Of a stretch of DNA of 64,000 nucleotides, positions 49,481-62,198 are shown in pieces. The stretch's first letter is position 1. Each line of letters starts with the position of its first letter. The stretch spans positions 58,466,001 through 58,530,000 of the forward strand of contig NC_043009.1 in NCBI RefSeq assembly GCF_006345805.1. The letters run 5' to 3'. The stretch comes from Octopus sinensis. Lineage: Eukaryota. Both the position numbers and the translations under genes were made by a program. The notes beneath the pieces were generated by a model. That model searched no databases, was not told the origin of the DNA, and saw only the letters and a program-made list of their open reading frames with translations.

Positions 49481-50276
49481 TCGCTAGATTCTATGTACAG
49501 TTGCAATATTGTCCTATTTACTCACCACCGGGAGTTCTGACTCGAGTCAGATCTCACCAACTAAACAGAATCTTTCTCTAGCGAGATTCTATGTACAGTT
49601 TCCATATTGTCCTATTTACTCACCACCGGGAGTTCTGACTCGAGTCAGATCTCACCAATAAACAGAATCATTCTCTAGCGAGATTCTATGTACAGCGAAT
49701 TCCATCTCATGCGATTCATCTATTAGAGACTGGTTAACACATCTTGATTTCGCTGACAGCTTCGATTAATCTAAAGTTCTTGATGCCTTCAACCATCAGT
49801 ACTCGGTAGCGTGCATCAACTTGATAGGTTTCGTTCCCATTTCAGGAGGCCATCTAATTTCGATGAACAGCAGCGCCTCATAGCTCGTCAATTTACATGG
49901 TTATTACTGTTTGGATCTCACATTTGCTCCATCGAAACTGTATTCTCTCTACTTCTGCATGCTATAGCTTGTGGTTTGTTGATACACTTTCTATTTAAAA
50001 TGGAATTCGGAAAGTCTGTGCTGGTATACGAAAACAACGTCTGTTTCGTTGTGTCGGACTGCAAGCATTTGGAGGCGGTCGTTGCGAAGGTTAAATAATA
50101 AAGAGGTGGTAATAGGATCATGAAAGACAACAAGTCATTAACCTTCCAACTTGGAACGTGGAGAGATATATCTACACTGATTAGCATCGTGTGTCGCTAG
50201 AGAAAGATTATGTTTACTTGGTGAGATCTGACTCGAGTCAGAACTCCCGGTGGTGAGTAAATAGGACAATATTGCA
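49481..50276. mobile_element. Foldback/MITE-like structure with 83-bp inverted termini; left terminus tandemly duplicated (98-bp period)
   Basis: 49502-49584 is the reverse complement of 50194-50276 (2 mismatches); second left copy at 49604-49681; each holds the palindrome TCTGACTCGAGTCAGA. Confidence 0.7.
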
Positions 50277-51584
50277 GCCGGTAACGCAGACTAGAAAAAA
50301 CCCTTTAAAATTAAACAAAAGAAACATAATAGATTACCAGGCATTTGCTGTTCTCTACTACTCATGTAATCCTATTGGATGTGTCAACCCTTGAATTGTA
50401 TAGTCAACAGCATTAGAATAAGTAACAACGTCGCTGAGTAGATTCTGGGGGTCAACAAAGATAAATTGATTAGTGAGCGGATACCTCAGTTGGGTGTGAC
50501 CATGTATTCTGTTCCATTATTGATAGGGATGATCAAAGTTATTGTGAAAGACAGCCAAGTGTCTACGCGTGCAAATGTTCCTTATCCAAGCCTACGAAGT
50601 TGTTCTACATCCACTAACTTAGGACCGATATAGTTTGGAACCAGCCTCATCGCGTTCTTTTATTTCCAAAACGCAAAGGATAAGAACAAATGCCAGATAA
50701 TATCGTGTCCAATGTTCTAAGAGTTTTACCAATGTATCACCCAAGATTTGAAGCTATTCCCGACCCCAAAAGCATAAGAGGTAATGATGGGATTTGGAAT
50801 GAGTGGCTGTATCGTGACAGATGCCGTTAGTAATTCATCCAACTTTATTCCTTTGATAGTTCACCGCTTTAAGTAACATGCTTATTCATGAAGACTTTCA
50901 ATTGTTCGTTTTCTCAAAGAATTGGCCAATATGCTACGTTGTAATTACTTAAGCCTCTTTAGATTGCAAGTAGAAATCCCGTAGAGTTCAAATTTACACT
51001 TCATCGAACAGGATTCAAAATAACAAAATACCAGTCAAGTATTGAGTTTGAGATATCTTCTAAGTTTTCACCGAAAAAAAAAATGTTGGTTTGGGCCTAA
51101 ACTAGTTACATGGGTTAGCAGAACATTTAAAGTGCGCGAATAAAAATATTTCGGTAAATTCACTTTGCCTTTCATTGTTTTAGGGTCGACAAAATAACAA
51201 CCAGTCATGTTCTTGGGTTGAAGTAATCCCCTTGCCCCTCCTTTCAAAATAGCTGCCCTTGTGCCAAACTTTGAAAGACGGAAATATTATTATTATTATT
51301 ATTATTCCTGAAGACTCTAGAGTTTCAAAATCGTTTAAATCTTCCACTAAATACTAACTAGGTAGGCCGTATCAATAATCAATATCTGTTTCTGGTGATT
51401 ATTTTCTCAAATTCAATCTGCTATATTGGTAACGGTAGATTTACTCTTATGCTATTCAAAATACCAATATTGTTGCTTTCCTTTATCCAGTGCTGTGGTT
51501 CTACTATTCAATCTATCTATATCTATATATACATATATATAGATACATATCTATCTGTCTATATACTTATACATATACTTATAC

Positions 51585-51618
<34 letters not shown>

Positions 51619-51635
51619 GATATATATATATATAT

Positions 51636-51667
<32 letters not shown>

Positions 51668-52369
51668 ATATATATATAGATATATATATATATATATATA
51701 TGAATATGTATGTATATATGTACATGCATACATATACATATGTGTGTGTGTGTTTGTCAGTGTGTGTAGACAGATACATAATCAATTTTCAGTATTCCTC
51801 CTTGGCCTCTGTCTTTCCATCTCCCGCCACTCACCCTCCCACGTTCTCTCTCACTCTCCCTCGATACCTCTCCCACACACACTTTTTCTGCTTCTCCCTC
51901 CTCTCTTTCTTCTTCCATACAGTATTTATCCATTCATCTATATTTTCATTGCCATATAATATGACCTTCTAAGTTTTCTTTTCTTATATACATTTCAGAC
52001 TCTAATCTCATCTGCTTCTATTTCTTTGTCATGAAGAAGAATTCCATCACTTGCTTGTCGCTCAGGCAAGAGATTTTCTTCGATAATAACCCGATTTCTT
52101 TAGGACTGAAGAAACCATTTATCTGACGTTACTTCTTGCTTGAATCTGCTAAAAACATCAGCCAAATTTCACCGATATTGCACCATATTGTCTTATAAAA
52201 AAAGTAGATGTAAAGTTTGAATAAAGTAGTCGCTGTAATATTTTTTGGTGAGAAATAGAACAGGTGGCCATGGCTAGAGTGTCTTTGAGCTTAGTTTTCC
52301 TTGATCAGCGTTGATCTACAGCTGAAATCCTGTAACCGCATAAACTTTGGTGCATTTTTCTAAACACAT

Positions 52370-52428
52370 CGTTTCTGTCTCTCTGTCTCTATCTCTCTCT
52401 CTTTCTCTCTCTCTATTTCTTTCTCTCC

Positions 52429-52520
<92 letters not shown>

Positions 52521-52542
52521 GTCTACCTACCTATCTATCTAC

Positions 52543-52596
<54 letters not shown>

Positions 52597-52624
52597 CTCT
52601 TTCTCTCTCTCGTTCTTTCTCTTC

Positions 52625-52688
<64 letters not shown>

Positions 52689-52900
52689 GTAAGTGATGTT
52701 TTTCTGCCTATCGGTCTGTCTGTCTGTTTGACTAAGCATGCATGTATGTATGCATGTTTGTATGTATGTATGCATGTATGGATGTATGTTTGTACGTATG
52801 TATGTATGTACGTATGTATGTATGTATGTATGTATGTATGTATGTTTGTACGTATGTATGTATGTATGTATGTATCAATATGTATATGTAAGTATCTACA
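52370..52900. repeat. (CT)n/(ATCT)n/(ATGT)n array
   Basis: Direct reading. Confidence 0.95.
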
Positions 52901-53384
52901 TCTATATCTGTCTCCCTGTCGATCTCTCTATGTGTGTATCTATCAATCTACCTATCTCTCCATCTCACTCACCCCCTCTCTCCATCTCCTTCTCTTTCTT
53001 TCTATCAATTTATCTCTCTCTCTCTATACATACGTATATTTTTATGTATGTAAGTATAAAGTAAGACGGAGAAAGACAGAATTATAATAATATCAATACT
53101 CGATGGAAAAGGCTGCAGGACAAAATTCAACAAGGGTTTCACTTATAACTTGCACCGCTCTATAAAATTAATGAAGTTGTTACAAGCTTATAATAATCTT
53201 TTATAAATAGCGCATAGAAGATGAGGCTTCGATGTCAACATCAAGAAAATCCTACACATATATAATACCCACACAATGGATAAATCACAGAATCAAACAC
53301 GAAGAACTGTATATCGCTTTAAAATACTTCAATCAATATAATAAATGGATCTCCTTTGGATTCTACGATGATTTTTTAAAATAT

Positions 53385-53795
53385 TCTTTTACTCTTTTAC
53401 TTGTTTCAGTCATTTTGACTGTGGCCATGCTGGAGCACCGCCTTATAGTCGAGCAAATCGATCCCAGGATTTATTCTTTAGAAGCCTAGTACTTATTCTA
53501 CTGGACACTTTTGCCGAACCGCTAGGTTACGGGGACGTAAACACATCAGCATCGGTTGTCAAGCGATGTTGGAGGGACAAGCACAGACACACAAACATAT
53601 ATACACACACACACACACATATACATATATACGACGGGTTTCTTTCAGTTTCTGTCTACCAAATCCAATCACAAGGCATTGGTCGGCCCGAGGCTATACT
53701 AAAAGACACTTGACCAAGGTGCCACGCAGTGGGACTGAACCCGGAACCATGTGCTTCGTAAGCAAGGTACTTACCGCACAGTCACTCCTACGCCT
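53385..53795 (-). mobile_element. SINE family A, full length
   Basis: Reverse complement matches 15471-15889. Confidence 0.9.
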
Positions 53796-53969
53796 ACACA
53801 ACCACTCCTACGCTGAATCACCCACTTGGCTAATTAGCATATAATGAGAAAATCACGGCGTGTGATGTGTACCCTTAACGAGTGAAAAGGCAAGGGAAAT
53901 ACCTTTGGTAAGCTTCCATAATTTCCATCTTTGGAATTTCATTTGGACGAAACAGAGGTATCATTGTTT

Positions 53970-54640
53970 ACATATTTTGGCACAAGACCAGAAATATCGG
54001 GGGTGGGTGTGGGTGGAATAAGCGGATTGCATCTCCCTCAGTTTCTCAATTGCTGCTTATTTTATCGATTTGAAAAAGATGAAAGGCAAAGTCTACCTGT
54101 GCGGAATTTTAACCAGAATTTCGCCCGGCGAGCAAACGATTCTGCCAGACTCGGCGCCTTAAAGAGACTATAATTGGTTTCAGATTTTGGCACAGGTGTA
54201 GCAAGTTCGGGGAAAAGTAAGTCGAGTTTCCTTGAGCTTAGTTCTCAAATGGTACATATTTTATCGACCTAGAAATGACAAAAGACTAAATCGACCACGC
54301 TGGAATTTGAACTCAGAACGCAAAGTGAGATAAAATGCTACCAAGTATTTTTTTTACCAGTGTGCTAACGACTCTGCCAACACGCCGCCTTAAACGGGCG
54401 ACAATCTTAAAAGACAATTAAGCGGTGATTCGACAAAAAAATTAGCGCATCGGACAAAATGATAAAGAGATTTTTGTCCGTCATTACGTTCTAAGTACGA
54501 ATTCCTTCGAAATCGATTTTGTCTTTCGTACATTCGGGTCGAGAAAATAAAAATTCAATCGAATGCTGGGGTCAATGGAATCGACCTACCACCTTCAACG
54601 AAATTGGTTGCTTTGTTTCAAAATTTGTTATTTGAAACCA
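53970..54640. mobile_element. Cluster of three degenerate family B SINEs (-, -, +)
   Basis: GATGAAAGGCAAAGTC (54080), GGAATTTGAACTCAGAACG (54302), CGATTTTGTCTTTCGTACATTCGGGTC (54515). Confidence 0.7.
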
Positions 54641-54830
54641 ATAATAACAGACACTTATCAAATATGTTATGCAGTGAAGGTGGAAATAGTGAACTAGAAG
54701 TTACGAAAAGATCAGTTACCCATCCAGGCAGGCTTCCCCTACACATACTAAAACAACGCGTCTAAGTATTTTCAGACTTATAAATGAAAGACAAACATAG
54801 AGAAACACAAATACAAACAATCAAAAATAA

Positions 54831-54868
<38 letters not shown>

Positions 54869-54879
54869 GCACACACACA

Positions 54880-54916
<37 letters not shown>

Positions 54917-55036
54917 GTATACACGTGCGTCCATACAAAAACTGACAGTCACGTATAGACATTCAGTCATTATGAGAGCCTGTATTCGGTCGCTGAATAT
55001 AGTAGCTAAATAAAGCTAAATATAGTAGCCATATGT

Positions 55037-55125
55037 CCATCGGCATATGGCGTAGTGGCTAAGAGCGCGGGCTACTAACACCCAAGATTCCAAGTTCTAT
55101 TCCAGGCAGTGACCTGAATAAGAAT

Positions 55126-55172
<47 letters not shown>

Positions 55173-55366
55173 CAACAACAACAACATCGAAAAATACCTT
55201 AGGAATGAGGACCCAGTTTCGAAATTTCCCCAAGACACTTGATGAAGGCTGGAGGGTATATCAGCCGAAACGTTGTGTCAACAACAAACAAGATGAGGAC
55301 AAATATCCGTCAAATGTAATCAATGTAAATAATGTACATAATTCCTCTCTCTTAAACATAGAACTC
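55037..55366 (+). mobile_element. tRNA-headed SINE carrying a minimal hammerhead, full length with 14-nt TSD
   Basis: TSD TAGTAGCCATRTGT (55023-55036, 55367-55380); head GGCATATGGCGTAGTGGCTAAG..AGTTCTATTCC; (AAT)n; hammerhead at 55234-55279; AT-rich body. Confidence 0.9.
55234..55279 (+). ncRNA. Minimal type I hammerhead ribozyme fold (C3U in this copy)
   Basis: GACAC-TTGATGA-A-GGCTG-GAGGGTATAT-CAGCC-GAAA-CGTT-GTGTC. Stems I and II have 5 perfect bp each; palindromic ACGT stem III. CTGATGA is intact in the copies at 5202 and 18995. Confidence 0.75.
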
Positions 55367-55544
55367 TAGTAGCCATGTGTTAGTCAAAACACCAGCAGTT
55401 GTCTTTGATAAATCTCAATTTAGGGATTATCCTGTGTTTTTTACGTGGAACAAACGGGATGATATCCATCAGTGGTGTTGATCAATGATTTATTTTATCA
55501 GGGCTGACCTGGGATTAAAAAACTTAAGCAGCAATAGCAACAAT

Positions 55545-55710
55545 ATAAATTGTTCATACATCGACCCCAGTAATCAACTGGTACTTATATTATGAATGCT
55601 GAAAGAATGAATGGTGAAATCGACCTCGGCGAAATTTGAACTCAGAACGTTAAGACGGTTTCAAGTGACGCTAATCATTACACCCAGGCGTGCTAACGAT
55701 TCTTTCAGCA
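55545..55710 (-). mobile_element. SINE family B (degenerate)
   Basis: CATCGACCCCAG..ATCGACCTCGGCGAAATTTGAACTCAGAACG..GGCGTGCTAACGATTC. Confidence 0.75.
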
Positions 55711-55732
55711 CACTGTTTGTACTTAATGTCTT

Positions 55733-55772
<40 letters not shown>

Positions 55773-55784
55773 ACACACATATAC

Positions 55785-56635
55785 ATGGTGCGGAGAATAA
55801 ATTGCCGTCTAAATTACGCAAAAATGAAAATGGCACTGACGTCTCATTTTAAAAGATATATTTACCAAAATTTCATAAAAATATCCTGAAATACTACAGA
55901 GTAAATTTATTCAAAGAATCGCAATTCACTTCAATCTTGGCCTCCAGATGTTTTCAGAATTTTTTGCAACACCTCTGAACGATCTCCTTGGTTAAGTTGG
56001 TGAAAGATGCCATGATCCTTGCCTTTAGTTCATCGTTGGTGTTTCGAGGAGTTTTGTTGCTCTCTCGCTCAACAGCGCCCCACATATAATAATCACGAGG
56101 GTTGCAATTTCAGGAGTTAAGCGGTCAGATGTTAGGGGTGACGTGGTCGAAGAAATTGGCTGATAGCCATAACCGGGTTCTCCTGCTCATGTGGCATGGT
56201 GCTGAATCTTGTGGCCAGACAGGGTCGTCCAGCAGACCCCACCCTTGAACCAGGGCAACGCTACCTGCTCCATGCACTTGATGCAGGAATCTATGTTGAG
56301 TCTGAGGCCGTGTGAGAAGTTGAATGGAGGCATAATGTCGGCATCACTAGTGATCACTCCAAACACCATGATGTTCACTGGACGTTTGATTTTTATCACT
56401 CTTGGTACGTCCTCAGATTGCACTGTCCTCCGACTAACACCCAATCACCTTGAAATGTTCATATTAGAGCTTCCAGCGCGAAGGCCAAGCAGTACAGCAT
56501 GTCATTTGCAAATTTTCGGCGGAGCTAATTGCGTAATGGTGCTGTTTTATACTGTGTAGTCAACAAAATTAAACACAAAATCAATGCCCATGCAAGAATT
56601 AACAATATCAAATGGCGACAATTTACCCATCGTAA
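55785..56635 (-). mobile_element. Mariner-like DD37D (maT-type) transposon remnant, internally deleted
   Basis: Minus: IMVFGVITSD..QDSAPCH..NCNPRDYYMWG, with 37 residues between the last two catalytic Asp by hand count; degenerate TIR core TAAATTGYCGYC at 55798-55809 and 56614-56625. Confidence 0.85.
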
Positions 56636-56646
56636 CTTTTATATAT

Positions 56647-56745
<99 letters not shown>

Positions 56746-56811
56746 GTATATGTATACATGTATGTATATATATATATATGCATATCTATATATATGTATA
56801 TGAATATATGA

Positions 56812-56868
<57 letters not shown>

Positions 56869-57344
56869 TATATATATATATAAGCATCCACTTACAGATA
56901 ATGATGAACATATTGTTACGCTTACACACACACACACACATATATATAAGTATGCATCCATATACCATATATATATGCGTGTGTGTGTGTATGTGTGGGT
57001 GTGTGTGTGTATATATAAATCATCCGCACGAATAACTAATTAGAAGACAATCACTTCACTTTAATAAATGCCTTTTTTACGTAAAAATATATTTTCAAAA
57101 AGTGAGATCATATATAATTTTCAAAAGTGTAGAATTGTTGAAAAAAATTAAAAAAATTAAATAATGATTGATGGTAACGGAACTGTCCGTCTTTTACTGT
57201 TGGCACATTGGTAGAATTTCTGGAAATGATCAATAACTTTCGCTAAATTTGACTTCGGTGATAAGTAAAGATTCTTCAATTCAGTGAAGTTTCTCTTTGA
57301 AAATTCGAGAGGAGAAATTTATAGATTTGAGTGTGTATGTGTGT

Positions 57345-57375
<31 letters not shown>

Positions 57376-57765
57376 TGTGTGTGTATGTATGTCTGTGAAC
57401 ATGTATACGTGCACATACACGCAAACAGACATATTGTGTTCGTACGTATGTATATATATATATATATATATATATCTATATTATATTATATCAATATATA
57501 TCAATGCATGTATACATACATATATATTATATATAATATACATATATATATAAAGTGAAAAAGATAGTCATATATATGTGTATATATATATATTATATAT
57601 ATATATATATATATCTCTATATATATATACATACATATATATATAGTGAGAGAGATAGTCATATATATATGTACATATATATTTTTATGAATATATGTGT
57701 GTATATATATGTATGTGTGTATGTGCATATATATATGCATATACACACATACATACATACATACA

Positions 57766-57799
<34 letters not shown>

Positions 57800-58110
57800 C
57801 GTACGTACATGGGAGCGTGTATCTGCGAATATAAGTGCGTGCTTGTGAAAGAGAGAAATTTTCAACTGTCACTTTTTAAAAACATTTTATTCAGACTTTT
57901 ATAAAGAGTATTTTTCTATTTCCTCCTTCCTGTATGCGTCTCCCTCCCTCTCCGTATCCTCCTCTTTCTGTCTTCTCTCTCTATATGTATGTACGCTTCT
58001 ATGTATGCGCATACGCACGTATACATACATTCACATGCATACATATATAAATATATGTGTATATATATACATTATATATATATATATATATATAAATGTA
58101 TATATGTATG

Positions 58111-58141
<31 letters not shown>

Positions 58142-58639
58142 GATATATATATATACATACATATATATATATATATACACATACGTATATAAATATATCT
58201 CTATAGATATATATATATAGATATATATATATATGCATATAGAAATACACACACATATATATTTATATGTATGTATATATATCTTTATATATACACACAC
58301 GCAAGCACATATATATGTATAGATATACGCATACACACGCACGCACAATTCTACTTCTTTCGAGATGATTCTCTGAGTCTCTCTCTTTAACGATTCCTCA
58401 TATTCTCTCCCTCTCTCTCTCTCTCCTACTCTGTCTCTCCCACCCTCTTTCAATTGCGTATTTCGCACTCGCTACTTCTCAGTGATTCGATATTTTAGGT
58501 ATAGTTTAGTTTAGTTCTTGTGATGAGTAATAATTCCTGGTTTGTTTGAAGAAGCAGAAAACTGCTATATTGATGCGAAAATGCTAAATCAGGAATGAAA
58601 GATGGAGAGAATTTTGGTCAAATAAATGAAAAAAACCAA

Positions 58640-58674
<35 letters not shown>

Positions 58675-58934
58675 GGGAAAACTAACATGAGTTCTTCTTC
58701 AGATAGTCTATTTTCATTTCTTCAGAACTGATTCAAGAGTACACACACATACGCACGCATACACACACAGACCCATGCGCGTGCATGCACACTTGTAACC
58801 ACACACGCGCGCAAACGCACCACAGAATGTAATGCTACGTTTATGTACAAAATCGTAGATTCAAACTGAGACACATACATACCAGCGCGTATCAATATTT
58901 GTGTGTATGCTTGTATGTAGACACACACACACAC

Positions 58935-59353
<419 letters not shown>

Positions 59354-59954
59354 TATACATGTATGTATTTATGTATGTATGCAATGATTTGTACATATAT
59401 GTTTATATGGTTTTTTTTTTATTATATACATGCGCAAGACCCAAACATACATACACACCACACGTACACGCATACACATGCTCACACATATATACTATTT
59501 GAACAACAGCAACAACAACAACAACAACAATAACGATAAAATCAAAATAGATAAATCCATAACTATACCAAACTCTGTGTTGATAGAATTCTTATGAAAC
59601 TTCGGATTTTATTGTGAATTTCCTTCAATATTTGCTTAGGTTTTCGTTCGGTGAAAATTCTGTTTCCGATTGTGTAACTGAATTTCTGCTGATTTCCGTT
59701 ATTTTCCGCCGCCTCCTCTTCTTCCATGCTGATGTTCTTAGTGTCTTGTTGTCTATGCAGACGCCGCTGTCACTGCCCGTGTCGTTGTTGTTGTTGTTGT
59801 TGTTCTTGTTCTTGTTGTTATTAAGCCAAGATTATCCCTCAGATACAATCAAATCATTTCATCCGTGAGTAACCTATCTTTTACTCGGGTATATTTTAAC
59901 TACTAATACAGTTATTTTACTTCAGTTTTTCAAAAAAAAAAAAACGGTCAACAT

Positions 59955-60279
59955 AAGTGTAGGAGTGGCTGTGTGGTAAGTAGATTGCTTACCAACCACA
60001 TGGTTCCGGGTTCGGTCCCACATCGGAACATATATATGTATATATGTATGTGTGTGTATATATGTTTGTGTGTCTGTGTTTGTCCCCCCTCCCATCATCG
60101 CTTGACAACCGATGCTGGTGTGTTTACGTCCCCGTAACTTAGCGGTTTGGCAAAAGATACCGGTAGAATAAGTACTAGGCTTACAGAGAATAAGTCCTGG
60201 GGTCGATTTGCTCGACTAAATGTGGAGCTGCAGCATAGCCACAGTCAAATGACGGAAACATGTAAAAGAGTAAAAGAGT
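59955..60279 (+). mobile_element. SINE family A with an internal deletion after the B-box
   Basis: Intact head and tail; GGTCCCACA joins directly to the (TA)/(TG) tract. Confidence 0.9.
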
Positions 60280-60964
60280 GATTTAAATAGAAGTTAGCTG
60301 CTATTTTTAGCTAGTACAATGTCCGGCCGAAAACTCACATGTCGGCTGTAGCTATTGGGGTCTGTGAAAATTAATTCTGAGATAATAACCAACCCCCGTG
60401 AAATCAGTGGCCATCAGTTTATATTTTGCTGCTGACATTCACGCATCACTGAACTTTTTGATTAAAGATTTAGCGAACTATCAATGATCCAATTCACGAA
60501 GCTAAAATATCCATAGTTGCTATATATATCTATGTATACTTTTCTTTTGTTTTTTGCTTGAGCCCTAGGAATCCTAAAGCCGGTTACCTGGTCTCCTTAG
60601 TGTGACCGCAGAGATCAAAACAAACCTTTGACGGCTCACCAGTCTGGTGAGCCAGCAGATTTGCGGGGATAAGACGAGTCGACTACGTCCATAAATACTT
60701 TAATCTCGACTAATATTTCAATTTACTTGGCTAATACTTTATTTTATCGTCTCTCTAAGTAATTGAACTCAGAGTTTAAAGATCCGGAAAAAATCCCACT
60801 ATTTACTTTTTTCCGAACTCTTAACGATTCTGTTAGCTCACAGATTTCCGGTACAACATATCTGCTCAAGATGCTCGGTGTTAGCACCTAGTAAAATCCT
60901 GGTGGTATCTTAATCCTCGACTGTATCCTACAACAAAATATTAACAGTAACATCGTTACCATTG

Positions 60965-60998
60965 ACGTATCTCTATCTATCTATTTATATATCTATCA

Positions 60999-61070
<72 letters not shown>

Positions 61071-61120
61071 GTGTGTCTATATCTATCTATCTATCTATCT
61101 ATCTATGTATCTCTATCAAT
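60965..61120. repeat. (ATCT)n array
   Basis: Direct reading. Confidence 0.95.
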
Positions 61121-62104
61121 CTAGTAAGTTAGCGACGGAAATTCATCTCCCTATAAATCCCTGTAACCATTGAGTCTTCGTTGAAAATATTAGCAGCTGC
61201 CTTTGAATCCTCCACCAATCCGATTTTTCTTCTTCTGTCAGCATCTTCCACAATACTTTTAAATATCAAAAGGAAACAAACAAAAAATGAAAATTTTTCA
61301 GTATTCGATGTCGTACCATCAATTTCCATATATGGCTTAACGTTCCCCATTGGCTTTCGTGTATTTCCGCAGATCTTTCCTGAAATTCGATATTATCCGT
61401 TGGTAACTGTTCGATTTACTAAAATCAATATTATTCTAAGGCATATTTGTCTCTTCATTTTCACTGTTTCTCGCCGTTTTCCTTCTTTTCTCACGTATTC
61501 TTTGTCGATATCCATTGATACTCGGACATGTCCATGTATCTTTGTCGCCAATGTTCTTTTTATTATTTGCCACTGATACCCGGCGTTCGCTTTCTAAGTT
61601 TGTTTACTCCAATCGATACATATGATTATAAGCCAATGATAAAACCTTTTTCAGTCGTTGAAACTGCTGGAAATAGCAGTGAAATATCGTCCAAATTGCA
61701 ACATAGTGTTTTCAGAAAGTGGGTATACACGGTTAATGTAATCTTAGACGAGAAAATTAGGGTTTTGAACTAAGAATGGAACTTCCATCATAAGTCTATT
61801 TAATTACGGGTAATCTGCATATAATCTACACCAGCCTACTGCTAACTCTGCAACTACTACTAACAGCAGCATCAGCAGCAGTAGCAGCCGTTCAAGAATT
61901 TGGACCTGGAGATCTCCATTTCCGGCGACTTCGAGGACCACCTCCCAGTGGTGTCGGGCGTCAACGAAGAGCCCTTGACTACAACAAGACGACCAAAGTT
62001 TTTTCTTTCCAAGGTCTGGGGTATCCCGCCCCTGAGCCCTAGACCATCACCTAATTATCCTTACCCGTCTTGTTGCTTAAGAAGAAGAACAACAACAACA
62101 ACAG

Positions 62105-62148
<44 letters not shown>

Positions 62149-62149
62149 G

Positions 62150-62198
<49 letters not shown>

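Noticed and set aside
61170-61256. HMG-box-like LWKMLTEEEKSDW on the minus strand
   Set aside because: Short resemblance only; no good donor, and an alternative frame is equally open.
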